64,000 bases of DNA, taken from positions 664,413-728,412 of the forward strand of contig BCGN01000009.1 of NCBI GenBank assembly GCA_001599295.1. The letters run 5' to 3'. The notes under the pieces were generated by a model. That model was not told where the DNA came from. It ran no database searches and saw nothing but the letters and a program-made list of their open reading frames with translations. The stretch is from Sporopachydermia quercuum (taxonomy: Eukaryota). Positions 38,185 to 51,457 of the stretch are shown in pieces. Both the position numbers and the translations under genes were made by a program. Positions within the stretch are counted from its first letter, which is position 1. Each line of letters begins with the position of its first letter.

Positions 38185-38920
38185 ATGTTGATCAAGATGT
38201 GGAGCGTGTTTACAATACTCACTACTTTGTTTCTATTCATTTCTGGAATTCATGCTTCTGCATTAACATATATTGTTGATGCTCAGGAGAAAGCATGTTT
38301 TTATGGATATGTTCCTGAACCGAACTCCAAAATTGGATTTTATTTTGCTGTAAGTATTTACGACTACGAACAGAAAATTTTACAGTTGGGAGCTAACAAA
38401 ATATCAATAGGTTCAATCAGGAGGAGCATTTGATATTGACTATGAAATCAAGAATCCTAATGGTGAAGTAATAGTAGCAGAGACAAAAGAGCGACAAGGT
38501 GACTTCATCTTTAATGCCCAAATTGCTGGTGAATACTCTTTCTGTTTCTCTAATGACATGTCAACATTCTCAAAGAAAGTATTAGATTTTGAAATTAGCA
38601 TTGAAAATGAGGGAATGCCTGGTAAAGAACCTTTGAAAGCTGAACTACCAAAGAAAGCATCTGCAGCTAAGTCTGTTGCTGAAGAAACTACCATTATGGC
38701 AGTTAGTATAGACAAGATTCAAACCAAACTTAATAATCTATTGCGTGATCTTCAATACTACAAAACAAGAAATCATAGAAATCAAGCAACCGTTCAGAGT
38801 ACTGAAGCTAGAATATTCTTCTTCTCTGTCTTTGATGTTCTGTTGATGGTGGGAATGGGCATTCTTCAGGTCGTCATTGTTCAACTATTTTTTAATGATT
38901 CAAGGAAACAAGTAGTTTAA
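38185..38920 (+). CDS. ERP3: p24 (EMP24/GOLD) family cargo receptor; intron 38350-38410; start at ATG 38185 or 38197
   Basis: Spliced FYFAVQSGGAFDIDY, GEYSFCFSN, YYKTRNHRN and a TM with FF..SRK tail. Divergent from CDC7, as ERP3 is in S. cerevisiae. Confidence 0.88.
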
Positions 38921-39302
38921 AAGACGTGTGTATATTTAATAATCACCTGGAATCTGGCAATTTCGTCACGGTAGCTGGATACAACCGCNTATATTTACAT
39001 CAAATCATCTACGAGCCATTATTATTGTCATTAGATATGAACTTCTTAGTAGCAATGCAAAATATTTAGGAACCATTGTCATCATTTATTAGATCACTAT
39101 TATCATACTATAAAATTCGTCTTTCTTATTTTCATCCTCTGAAAGCTGCAAAAGTAAGTCCCCAATTTCGTATTTTACCCTATCATATTAACTAATAACT
39201 TGCCATATATGTTTTGGCATATATATTTCATTCTCCCACTATTCGAAGGATGCATCTCCATAACTCACAGAAAAAGTCTCAAACGGTTATCTATCCGTAA
39301 TT

Positions 39303-40846
39303 CTAATGATGGTTGCAAGTATCTTCTTCACAGCCATCGGCACATTCAAGAAAACAGTTGTTGCCTCTTTTAAAGGCAGAAGAGAGTTCATTAGTGCTTT
39401 CGGCTCCTGCTGTTAAATTGACTGCTGAACTGGACTTCAAGCTTCCAGTAACAGGATCTAAAAATTCTGGCTGAATTGTAGCAGAATGAACACCATAATC
39501 ATGGAGTAAAGATCTAATCTTTTTAGCTAAATCCATAAAAGAGTCAGGATCATTTGTGACTGCAATATGTAAAGTAGCAATGAAGAGATCTTCCTTCAAG
39601 ATCCAAATGTGTAAATCATGTACAGATGAGACTCCTGGAATATCTTCAATGCTCTGTCTTACTTCTTCAACATCAACTGATTGGGGGGTTCCTTGTAGTA
39701 AAATCTTGGAAGCTTGTTTACAGAGGGGTAAAGCAGAAGAGAAGATAATGGCAGTAATGACCAGAGAAACAATAGGATCGAAATAGAATCTCCAGGAATA
39801 ATCAGTTTTCCAAATGAAAAGTGCTGTGGCAATGACGCCAACATTACCAAGAGCGTCACCCATAACGTGTAAAAAGACACCTTTCATGTTCAACGATTGC
39901 GTTTTCTGAGTAGTTTTAGGTGGTCCAGCGTGAATTGAGGTTTCATCAGTTACTATTGACTTGGAATGTGAATGTGAAATAGCCATTGATTGAGATCTGA
40001 CAATATCTTCAGGCAAAACAACAGTTGAACTCGAACCCTCTTCCATCAATGAAGCACCATAAAAAGCATTTCTTGATCTGGTTTTGGAAAGAAGATTGGT
40101 CTGTTCTCCAATACCATTGGAGAGGAGGCCCGCTTGTTCTCCAATATTCTTGCTAGGGTGACTTTCAGTTGTAGCTCCATTTTGTTCTTCATGATGATCA
40201 TCATGACTATGACTATGACTATGACCATGGCTATGGCTATGTTCATGGAACAATAGTAATCCCACAAAATTTGAAACAAGTCCCGCAAAACCTACAATGA
40301 GGATCAATTGAGGATTCTTGATAATTTGAGGTTCGAAGAATCTTTGAATTGCTTCGACAAATATAGAGAAGCAAAGAGCTAATAGGAAGACAGCATTAAT
40401 TAGAGCCCCAAGAATTTCAGCTCTTTGCCAGCCGTATGTATATTCCGCTGTTTCTTTCCTAGACTTTGCTACATTAACTGCCCATAATGCAATGACTAAT
40501 GAGAAAATATCATTCAACTAGATGTGTGGTTAGTGGTTAGAACAACCGCATTATCAGCCAAGTATATATAATTTAGTGAAGTTCATCCACCGTTATTATT
40601 TTGCATTCACATGCACCTTCACAAGCACATACCATATGGAAAGAATCTGCTACAAGAGCTAGGGAATGTACCATATAACCTATAATATCATACTGTTAGA
40701 ACGACCTTCTAGAGAGAAATGGAACACCAACCGTTACCTTATAATGCCTTTCTAATTAAAAATGGCATACCGATAATAACTTCAAGGAAGAAAAATAGAG
40801 TATCAAGACACAAGAGTGCCATGATTCTAACTTCTTTTCCTTTCAT
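39303..40846 (-). CDS. ZRC1: Vacuolar Zn/Co CDF transporter; exons 40846-40771, 40679-40633, 40517-39303
   Basis: SLALVADSFHMLND, YTYGWQRAEILGALIN, His-rich loop, NMKGVFLHVMGDALGN and HSATIQPEF motifs. Confidence 0.95.
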
Positions 40847-42933
40847 TTTGTCTTTTGTTCTTTCAGGTTAGCCGCTTGAAAAAAGCTCAATCTCGGTCTT
40901 TGACAGATATTATATTGTGTGATATCTATCAAAGAGACCTTTTGCGTCATAAACCAACTACCAAGCTGAAAATCAATAACAACCAGCTACAAATATCAAT
41001 AGATATAAATATTAGTGCAACGTCATCAGTAGCAACCTATTTCCAAGCTATGAAATATTTTTTAGCTGTGGAAGTAAAATGTTTGAATAGATTCGATTCA
41101 ATGCTACAGTCAACAACAGGAGTCAACTACTATTCTATTTCTGTTCGTAAGATCTGCAGCAAGAATGTATTCACCCTTTCACAATGCCAATTGGATCATT
41201 TGCTAATTCAAGAACTCTGAAAGAACTATCATAACCAAACATATACCGAATAACATTATAATACATAATTGATTCCTTACATAGTGGTGTTGTCTGACTT
41301 GCCGTTTGCCTACTCATGTTTTTCATCACCAATTTCATATATGTTTGTAAGAAAACACCTGTATTGAGACGAGATTGTTTTTGTATAAAGTTTGTCTGAA
41401 AGGAGAACTTAAACTGGGTTTCTATGAGATATTGCTATTTAAGGTTCGAAGACTGCTAAAAGTGTTCCGTATAAAGTGGGAGAAATGTGGATTGAAAGAG
41501 AGAGAATACGATATGGGATGGATTGAATGGAATATATGAAGTTTTAATGTATTTTTGTTACATGATTTATGTAATTTAGGTACTTGCTTGACAGGGGAGA
41601 TATTAAACTAGATAAAAGGCTGATTGTTAGATGGATGGAAGAGTAAGGAGTTTAGAAGTGTATACTACCTTCACTATGTCATCATGTATTTATCAGAAAG
41701 CTTATGAGTAGGCATGTATGAAGAAACAACTTTTTGTTTCCGTCTCCTCGTCTCAATTGGCAAGGTCAGACCAGGATAATATGCAAGTTGTGGAAGAATA
41801 AGGGGAATGAATGGTGAATCTATCTAGGTTAAATAAACATTTATCAGCGATGACTTTATAACCATTGTTCAGCTTTTCAGTTTTGGCAGCTGGAACCCTG
41901 CCATTCAGTGATTATCTTACTCAATCGGACTTGCTGATGTATTTTGTATAGATTGAGATAATTTTAGTTTGGCTTTCCAATGATTGCGTCCTCCAACTAT
42001 GAATATGCAATTAGTAAGATTCTACATAAAAAAGTTTAAATAGGATCAACGATCAACAATATCCACCCCTTCTGTTTTAACATTCTCTACCAATAGCCCG
42101 ATCATATGAGTATTAAAAAATACACCATTCTCCTATCTTTCTAATACCTCAACTGTTGTTTCTTAGCTTTTGATGTAGCTTTTATTTAGAATGTTTGATT
42201 TTAATATGGAGAAAGGTAGGTATGAACTACCTAAAGCGATCTTAAATGGCCGATAAGGTCTCTTTTATGACAAAAAGTTCACCTTGGCGGTTTCAGTACA
42301 TCCTGTTTTGTTCGAAGTTTCCATACTCTTCAACCCATCTCTAAAGCATGGAGACTGTATTCTTCTCAATTCATCAATTAAGAAGAATATATATATATTA
42401 AAGATGATGTCCGACACTCTACAGTTTGTGATAGATAGTTCGTACTGATCTGCCGGTTTGATGGTACTTTAACAGACTTCCTGTAAGCCTGCTTGGTGAT
42501 TAATCGTTCATCTCATTACAGGTGAGAGAAAAGGTTACTCTCTCGTTTCAACTACGGCATTTGGTAGAAAAATCTATCAATGATCCACCCTTATCCACCC
42601 TTATATTGTGTAGTACATGAATGATAATAGTATATTTATGTTGATATTAATTCAATAAGGCTTTTGATCTGTAGAAGATAGGGGAACCGTCTGAGGACTT
42701 TGAAAAGATATGTCTTTGATAATCATTGTGAGAGAGATAAAACGGGCAGACTTGATTATCATTCAAGTGAATCAAAACATTTAGTCATCCGCAATTAGCG
42801 ATCTAACTGCTGACTGCTGACGAAGAATATAAGTTGAAACTGATTATCAATAGTTATTTAATTCAAGCAGTAAATTGAGTTGTTTTAATCGAAAGGAGTA
42901 GACGTTTAGAGAGGGTTGTTAGACTACGAAACA

Positions 42934-43528
42934 ATGACAGATTTCAGAGGTGTAAGTAAGCAAGTACCTTCATGGTTATCTGGTAAGCGACGAAACTCTG
43001 TAATGTTATAATTGCTCAATTGTGATAACAGAAAAGATTTGAAAGTGAATGGTAACAATACATCAGTAATGTTTCCTGAAATGGCCTCTAACAGTTTGTT
43101 TATAGGCAGAAGTGCAAGATCTTGAGCTAATTCCTATATATATATGTGAGCAACCATATATTCCACTCTCAGGCTTGCTTGACGTTTTGTATGATGACGC
43201 CCACAAGTACATCCTGGTCAAAGATAAGGAGCAGATGGTTGGTTATATTGAGAAAAAGGTACTGATAGAAAGTATGGAAAAGCTTCCAATGCAGCTAAAT
43301 CAGACCATCAATGAAGTTATGGAAAAGTATGATGCTAAAACAGTACTGACACCGGTAACTCCACTGGAAGAGGTTGAAGATTTTCTTGTTAATAATTCCC
43401 TTGCTATTATAACTGACTCCGATAGAAAATTTGTGCTAGGAACAGTAAGCCGACAGGATTTAGAAAATTACATCAAGAACCGTCCTTTTCTAGGGGCTAC
43501 TGCAAATTCAAANACTCCTCCACGATGA
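42934..43528 (+). CDS. Stand-alone CBS-pair (Bateman) protein; exons 42934-42951 and 43106-43528
   Basis: Spliced N-terminus MTDFRG-AEVQDLEL; TPLEEVEDF and AIITD..RKFVLG.V...DL..YIK.RP motifs. Intron GTAAGT..CTAAC..TAG. Confidence 0.8.
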
Positions 43529-46500
43529 CGGTAATAATGGCGTTGAAAGGAAAACGAAATATTGAAAACAATAGCAGTGAATTACTGGATATATCTTTTT
43601 CCCTGGTATACAGTTGAAGAGCTTTATAAATGCGTAGTACAGATCTAAATAGAGGCCTACGCTCACTTAACCATTCATTCAATCGATCATATAAACAAAT
43701 TTAGAGAAGAATCGCCAATTACGAAAATCTTTCTCCTGCACATTTCATTCTCTTGCATATCCATACATTTTAACATTGACCTTCTTCTATTAATTATTAT
43801 TTATGATCACGTAATAGAATCAGTCTGAAATTCATTTTCAGTAAGGTTCATCCTAAAACTTAATGAGAATAAGTTTTTCAGTTTGGCCCAAAACAGTTAA
43901 AATTAATTTCCATAATAATAAGTATGACTTGTTTTAAACTTTACGCGTTGGCTTTAGAAAAGTTGTTGTGGGCAATGAGAATTGAGTTTCACCTTCGTTG
44001 AATAATAAATTCATCTAGTTTCGGGATTATGCGCTATTAAGCGAAATATTCACTCTTGTTCAATAGTTCTTATATACAATCGACATATCGTTATAGATCA
44101 ACTGGATGGTCTTAATTATATCTGAAAATCCATCTGATTGAAAAGTTGATTAGAACAAAATAGATGAATCTTGTAGAATGATTTTGGAGTAAAATGAAGT
44201 GAATCATGATTTAGTAGCTAACTGGTTCGTTTCAAAAGGGATCCTCATATTACCAGCATTGTGAACTCAGCTAACGGTTTGGCCACATATAGTTATGTAA
44301 TTTGCCTGGATAAATAAAAATAAGAACACCTAATATGTGGCGTCAAACCAATCACAATACAGAGACTCTCAAGGCTTATCAAGATCTATTGAAGTAATCT
44401 TGTTAGAGATCCACTCAGTCTGTTCCCCATCTGCTAAATATTATCTTCACAAGCTTTCTCCTTCTGCAATAATTTTAATAATTTAGTTATTTATTTTAGT
44501 TTCAACCCCGCAACAAAAAACTGGGGGATTCATCTAAAAAGAGGAGTAATGTTGAAAAAATTAGTTGCCTTAAGGCTGCAAACTTAGTTAAATTAGATGG
44601 GAGTACAGTTGATGAGCTAAACTGCTTTACATCTGTTATCACCAACATTATCTTTCTAATCGTTTCCTAAATTTCACCTTCGAAACGCGTCGTTGAAATA
44701 AAGTTTACTTAAAGGCACCAAAAACTTTCCACTGAGGAGTAGCTCCTGCATGTATCTCAAGTATTACATGACAAGTTCAGTTAAAGCGGGTGAATCATCA
44801 TGCTGGCCATCGATCTTTCAGCCTGACTGCACTGCACCGCTACAATATTGAAAAAAGTAATGCAAGATGACGATCAAATCTACAACCTTATGAAGCTGAT
44901 TAGTAGTTCTTCTTTCTTTTTCTTTGTTTCAGAAGCTGATTCATTATCCATAATTCAAATGTCTTCATTTCCATTCACATTGCTAGTTTCCCTCAAACAT
45001 ACATTGTTTATCTTTAGATCAACGTTATTGGCTTTTTATTTGTTTCTCGAAATAGCAGCGAGTGAACTAAGTTAATAATTAGTTATTTCAGTTGAAATGT
45101 TGTGTGAAATTGCACATAAAATTTTGCTAAAATAGCTTCCCTAATTTCATTGACGATTTGAAACTCTTTGATAAAAAAATTAATGATTATATCAACAACT
45201 AATTATCTAGAATTTGATGCAGTTTCTTCAATATTCACCTAAATAAAGAAATCTGAAACAAAATTACGATACCTTGCATAATATACATGTCTGAATGGTA
45301 TTTACAAATATTGGAGTTTGAATGTTTGTTATACAATTATGAAACAATATGGAATGTTGATGCTGGCGCTCCACAGGAAACGGTAGAGATAAAGGTCAAG
45401 TAGAACAAATGCGCAAGAGAAAATCTCGGCAATGAAATAAATGAAACGTTTTGAGAACCAAAATGTAGATATAAAGTTAGATAAATTTTGCTTTTCTTTT
45501 TCGTTAGCTTGAATCGATTTTGTTGGTGCTCAACATCAAAGTTCTATGGTGTTGAAGGGCGAATACCCCATATTTCATATCTGCAGATCTGCTACTATTG
45601 ACAGCTCAACATCAACCAAGTTTGTTGGCAGTGAAAGCTCTGCCCATAAATCTACAACCGAAACCTTCACTAACGTTAAAGGCTACATTACACTACATTG
45701 CCTGCAATGAGCCAACTGGCATTTCTGTTTTGATGATCGTAAAACAAACACTGTTGAGAAGAGGCCCATAAAAGTATTCCTAAGCACAGCAACCAAAAAA
45801 AGGAACAAGTAATATAGGTCAATAAACTTATTACGTATTCACAAGTCTTTCACCAACTTTTCACTCTCACCACTAACTGTGCAAATAACAACAATTCATC
45901 GAAACGGTACCTCGTGGTACGTTTCTAGAGATAGAATTTCCCACTGCTCACAGCTCATGTAATTTACGATGCATACAGTCTGCATATTGACCACCTAATC
46001 ACTAATCACATCAAATTCCAGCTCATTTCGATGATCATTTTTCATAGAGTTAAGGTTTATTTTCTTCTCCATTTTGGCAATAACCCTAATAAGATTAAGG
46101 TTTTATTGTCTCTGAAAACTTCTATTCATTCTACAAGTCATGTGAATCGAGACGCGAAGCCTTCCAAATAAGCGCACATGGCCCTTTTTTTTAAAAGTTC
46201 TCATAGAATACGAACACTTGTAGTCAGAGTTGAGGTTATCGTTGCTTATTATGGTCATTTACTGAAATCCCCAACTGTTATATCGAGAAGTAAGTGCTTA
46301 CTCACTAAGGCTGATTAGAACAGATAATCATCTATGTTGAAATAATCTATGAGTCGATAGATCTATTGCTCGTTTATTCAATAATGATAACTAAGTGAAA
46401 AGTATCGAGTGGCTTTCGCAATATTAATCATTCAAGGGAAGTTTTTTTGTTACAATAAATACTTTTTTACTTTCTATCTATATGACCCAAGTAATGGAAG

Positions 46501-48258
46501 ATGAGCCACCTAATTGATTCAAACAAGCATTCCGATAAGTTCCTCAGTTTTTCTCATCTTTCTATCTCTAGGTCTATTTCATCGTTAAGACAAAATATTT
46601 TTCTTATTTTAAATTTATTGATTTCATATTCTTTTGACATTCACAGCTAGTTCACGTGAAGACGCATTTTCTGATTCTGACTGTAGGTCACTAAGAGCGA
46701 TCTACTCACTCTAGTCCTTTCAACAAACTAACCTTTCAATAGATGTTCTGAATAACTATTTTTTATGGATCAGAGCTCATAAGAAAATTTATCTTTTAAT
46801 ATTATAAACTATAGATTTACTCTATACTCTTCTGAATAATAAGGCGTTAACACTCCATTTTTCAAAGTTTATGGACCTTTTTATTTTCGCTTGATGGGTG
46901 AGTCGCTCATTATGCCCTCAAACTTTGTAGGGCTAAGAAATAGTAAGATAATGATAATAACATGCTCATCCATCAATTCAAAGTTAAGGTTTACAATTAA
47001 GTTTTCATTTAGCTCACAGTTTCTCAAAGATTCTTCACCCCTAAATTCAATTAACTGCTGATTTTCATAATGGCGTATTAAAACTTCAAGTGTGTCTACA
47101 GTTAGAAAAGTGGTTTTTAGTAAGATAATTTATTGCCGTTATTGTTTCAAGTGTTTCCGTCACATTTCAAGGATGATACAACAAAAGGAACAAATATTCG
47201 GTAAGAGAAATATTCACCATCATTTTCTATCGAGATTTATGGCAAAATTGTGGTTAGACATGTAACTTTTCTACCACACGCGTTATCAGCATAGTTTGAG
47301 ACCTATCGTACTTTTTTATGTTTCCTTGCTATGGATCAAAAGAAAGCCAGACACCATAAATGAAAATTAGTGCTTGTAACTCTAATAAGTAGATTTAATT
47401 AGTTAGTTTCAAGATACACCTTCAATGGTAATCAATGCATCAAATAAACTTCAGATTTGCAAATAAAGTTGCGCATGATAAAACAATTCAAAAATAATTT
47501 CCTCAACTTTATTCAACAAGCAAACTTACACTAATACCGAATTTTGAGCTATGGTGTAGGGTAAAACCTTTTTCTTGCTTTGTTCTTGTGATACGCTTTT
47601 TCTTGTATCTTTATCTTTCTCTCACTTGTCTGTTGGTAGTTATGATCATGAGCAAGTTGTATTTGAGAGAGTATTTGTTAGTCTTAATAGTTTGGGAAGC
47701 TTTTGATCGGTAGAAGTTCTTAAGCACAATTTGTATTGCATTTTGGTAGCCCTATTTGCTGTCTTTGAAGCAAGATCTAGTGGCACTCATTGATTTTGAG
47801 GGAAATTTATTTGCCAACAGAAAGCTACAAATCAAAGCAGCAAAGATACATTTTATCAAAGGAATCTTCTTAATTGACACATAAGAAGACCTGCGATATA
47901 ACAAAACAAAACAAAACCAAGAACAAAAGCATTAAAAACTTGTATATAACATATAGTTAGTTGTTCCTATTCATTGATTAGAATTTGAGCATCCACTGTT
48001 CAATCCATTCGACCCAGCAAGAGAGATAGAGTCAACAGACATCGTCATCACATCATAAACTACACACTTGAGCTCACAAAAATTACTACAACTTGAAAAG
48101 TTATTTTTATCTTCAACTTGACTGTTTACTTGATGATTAGAATTCTTTTCTGAGAACCATAATCGGTCCCCCAATATCTATCACTAATTTGACGTTATAA
48201 ATTTAGTTTTAACTAGAGTTGAGGATTATTAAGAGACGATTATTCTATTATCATTATA

Positions 48259-50175
48259 ATGCCTTATACTCCGCCATCATCACTATCACTCTCTGCCATC
48301 AATAGCTGTGAATTCAAGCAAAGACCTACTAACCCTAAAGTATCACCTACCGGCTCAGATCTCCATCATGTGGAATCATTGAGTTCGTTAAACTCAATGA
48401 GCAATGATTCGACGTCATCTTCTCCTTCATCCTCGATTTCTGCATCCTCCTCATCATCATCTCTAAGTTCAACTGACACTTACTCTGACTCTTTCTACAG
48501 GTCTAATATGAACCAGAAAGCCAAACTATCAGTGCATCCAACAAGTTTACAAGTTCGCGCTTCACCTTCAGTACAAAAATCTTTAACTCCTGTATTGACA
48601 ACTGGATTTGTTGATTCATTATCTCATGAAACCAGCTCTGTATCATCATGCTCATTTTCAACAAATTCTTCGGACACCTACACTTCGTCCAACACTTCAT
48701 TGGATACAATGATTGGACCACCTTCTAATTTGTCATCAGAGAGTTTATCTTCTCCTCAATCTGCTAGAACAGAAACTCCAGATTTTAATGATTTTGGTGA
48801 CAATGAGTCAACATCTTCTTCTGGAAGCTCCAAAACAGTTCGTCCTAATCTCATTAGAAAGAAATCAGGTGAACTAGTTAAATCATCTCTCAAACTATTT
48901 CCTCTAAACAGGTCTGCATCAGTTCCTCCTTCAAAATCGGTTCATTTTGACTCAAATCACCTAGTTGATGTTCGACGATTTTCTCATCTGGAGAGACCTA
49001 TAGCTGTTTCTGCTAACTCAAGCCCCAACAGAGAACGGGCTAAGTTTCACTGGGGATCGGATTCAGATAACGATTCCAGTGAAGACGATTCATACTATGA
49101 TGAAGATGAAATCGATGAGGATGAAGACTACAGCTCCAAATCAGGTTCTAGTTTCGATGATTATGAAAATTATGAGACTGTTTGGGCAATTGGTACCCCA
49201 AATTTCCCCTCTAAACGATATTATAACCAAGAGATCTATTTGGATAAGTTATCATTGTCTGATAATGGATTATATCTTGTTGGTAACATATACGTGAAGA
49301 ACATTGCGTTTCAAAAATACGTTTGTGCTAAATACACTTTAGATTATTGGAAATCAGTCACCGAATTTGAAGCTCATTATAATGATGATCCAATGATGAA
49401 AGATAGAATTCCCAATTATGACCCTTTCATCTTCAAATTATGCCTTGATGATCTCCCTAGAGGTGCCTTGAAATATAGTTCAATGTTTCTCTATCTGAAA
49501 TACAGTGTAAATAATCAAACGTTCTATGATAACAATAATGGTTACAATTACCAAATCGATTTCACCAAGGTACCTAAAGTCAATAACAAGAGCAATGGCC
49601 GGTTCTCATTCGGAAGTTACGGACCAAAGGAAAAGAGTGTTATCCCATCAAAACTCAGAAGNTCAAGAGTTGGAGATGATTTTTCACTATTAAACATCAG
49701 TGAAACATCATCTTTCTTCTCTGATAAAATTGCAAATGATTTCAGTAAGAAACTATCGTTGTCAAATACTTCATCACCAAATAGGAACAAATCAACTCCT
49801 TCTCTACCTTCTTCAAAGACTGATTTCAAGTTTTCCCCGAATAATAGTTTGAATGCTACTACTACTATCACTTCTGGACCTTCATCACCTGAAAAAATTA
49901 TGAAACCATCGTATTCTAGTTTCGCCTCTAATTTTGGACATGAGTTTTGCGGTGCCTCTGGTAACCACGATACTGTTGCTAGCTCAGGATTCGGCTATGT
50001 TCACGTACCTCGTTCTAGTAATGTCGTCAATAGTGGGTTGAACACTTTACAAGATGGTTCCAAACCATTGCAGTCGTTTATTAAAGATCCTAGTGGATCA
50101 AAACTGGACTCCGACTCTTATAGAAGTCTTCTAGAAAGTTATTGCTTTTATCAAGGTCAGTCTATCTCGAATTGA
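48259..50175 (+). CDS. GAC1: Glc7/PP1 glycogen-targeting subunit with CBM21 (Gac1/Pig1/Gip2 family)
   Basis: IRKKSGELVKSSLK, RVxF motif KSVHF, GNIYVKNIAFQK, YTLDYW, DNNNGYNY and LLESYCFY. Exact ortholog uncertain. Confidence 0.88.
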   Translation: MPYTPPSSLSLSAINSCEFKQRPTNPKVSPTGSDLHHVESLSSLNSMSNDSTSSSPSSSISASSSSSSLSSTDTYSDSFYRSNMNQKAKLSVHPTSLQVRASPSVQKSLTPVLTTGFVDSLSHETSSVSSCSFSTNSSDTYTSSNTSLDTMIGPPSNLSSESLSSPQSARTETPDFNDFGDNESTSSSGSSKTVRPNLIRKKSGELVKSSLKLFPLNRSASVPPSKSVHFDSNHLVDVRRFSHLERPIAVSANSSPNRERAKFHWGSDSDNDSSEDDSYYDEDEIDEDEDYSSKSGSSFDDYENYETVWAIGTPNFPSKRYYNQEIYLDKLSLSDNGLYLVGNIYVKNIAFQKYVCAKYTLDYWKSVTEFEAHYNDDPMMKDRIPNYDPFIFKLCLDDLPRGALKYSSMFLYLKYSVNNQTFYDNNNGYNYQIDFTKVPKVNNKSNGRFSFGSYGPKEKSVIPSKLRXSRVGDDFSLLNISETSSFFSDKIANDFSKKLSLSNTSSPNRNKSTPSLPSSKTDFKFSPNNSLNATTTITSGPSSPEKIMKPSYSSFASNFGHEFCGASGNHDTVASSGFGYVHVPRSSNVVNSGLNTLQDGSKPLQSFIKDPSGSKLDSDSYRSLLESYCFYQGQSISN

Positions 50176-51457
50176 ACTGTAATGGGTTGATGAACCATTT
50201 TCTTCACTAGCACATCATTTCATGATTAGAACTATTAGTTTTATAATTATTATCGTCAAATCACCCCATCATCATCATCACTATCATATTATCATCATCA
50301 CATTATTATGATATCACATTACATCATATCATTATCACATTATAGCAAGCTACTAAAAGTCATACATCATTGTATTGCTTCTAAATGAAACAACGAAATG
50401 GGAGAAAAGGAAGAAACAGGGGCGCAACCATTTTTTCATTATTGCCAAATATGAATAGACTTCTAGGTGCATTTTGGCAATGGATCAGTCTGTTCGATAA
50501 TTCAACTATAACACCTCTTTCATCTCTTTTGTATCGTTGCTTNGTCAACTCACTCAGATTCTAGTATATTTTGATTTCTGAGTTTTAACTGTTGGCGACA
50601 ACAAAAACATGTTCAATCAGCATTTGTTGAAGGATAATCTATCAGTTGGAGAATCTCCTACAGCGTGCATTGTGTTTATTTTACTTTAACATTTATCCTT
50701 CATTTGGATCTCGATTTTCCAAACAGTTTATCCTTTCATTCAGTACAATTCATAATCTGATTTGTTTGTTGATCCATGTATCAGTGAGAGTCAGTTCCAC
50801 TCATCTTGATATTCATACTTTATTTCATTCACTTTGTTTAAGTTTTTCATTTTACATTGTTTCCTTTCCTTTTGTTTTTTCATTTTCTTCCTTATTCTAT
50901 TCTCTATATTTTCATTCCTATTTGCTTGTCTCTTATTTATTGTATCATGTTAGTTTAATCTTTCTTTAAGGATTAAACTACTTAACGGTTAGGTTGGGAT
51001 CGGAATACAAGTTTTGTCCGGTTAGTATATGTTACTGACAAACTACGAGGTTAATATTATTTTATTTTTGCTAGATTTATTTTTAATAGAGTTCAAAATT
51101 GAATTGTGACATCAGTTTTATTACTGTTATGTAGGTATGGTGAAACAGCAAGGGTAATAGATCCCAAAGTGTGTAAACAGTGTGTATACCTTTGTCAGTC
51201 TAGTCACACTTATAACTTCAGGAGGATGCAAACATAATGTGAGTATCATCATACTTTCATAATGGAGATATTTGCAATGCAAACATAATGTAAATATCTT
51301 CACAGAAAAAAGATGATAAATCGATAATAGTCAAGACGCCAAAGAAATAATATTCTTTTTTTAAATTAAAATCAGACACTGATATATATACAACTTTTCC
51401 ATAGTATTTGTATGTGATGTACACCTAGTACTTGATATATTACATATTTTAACCAAT

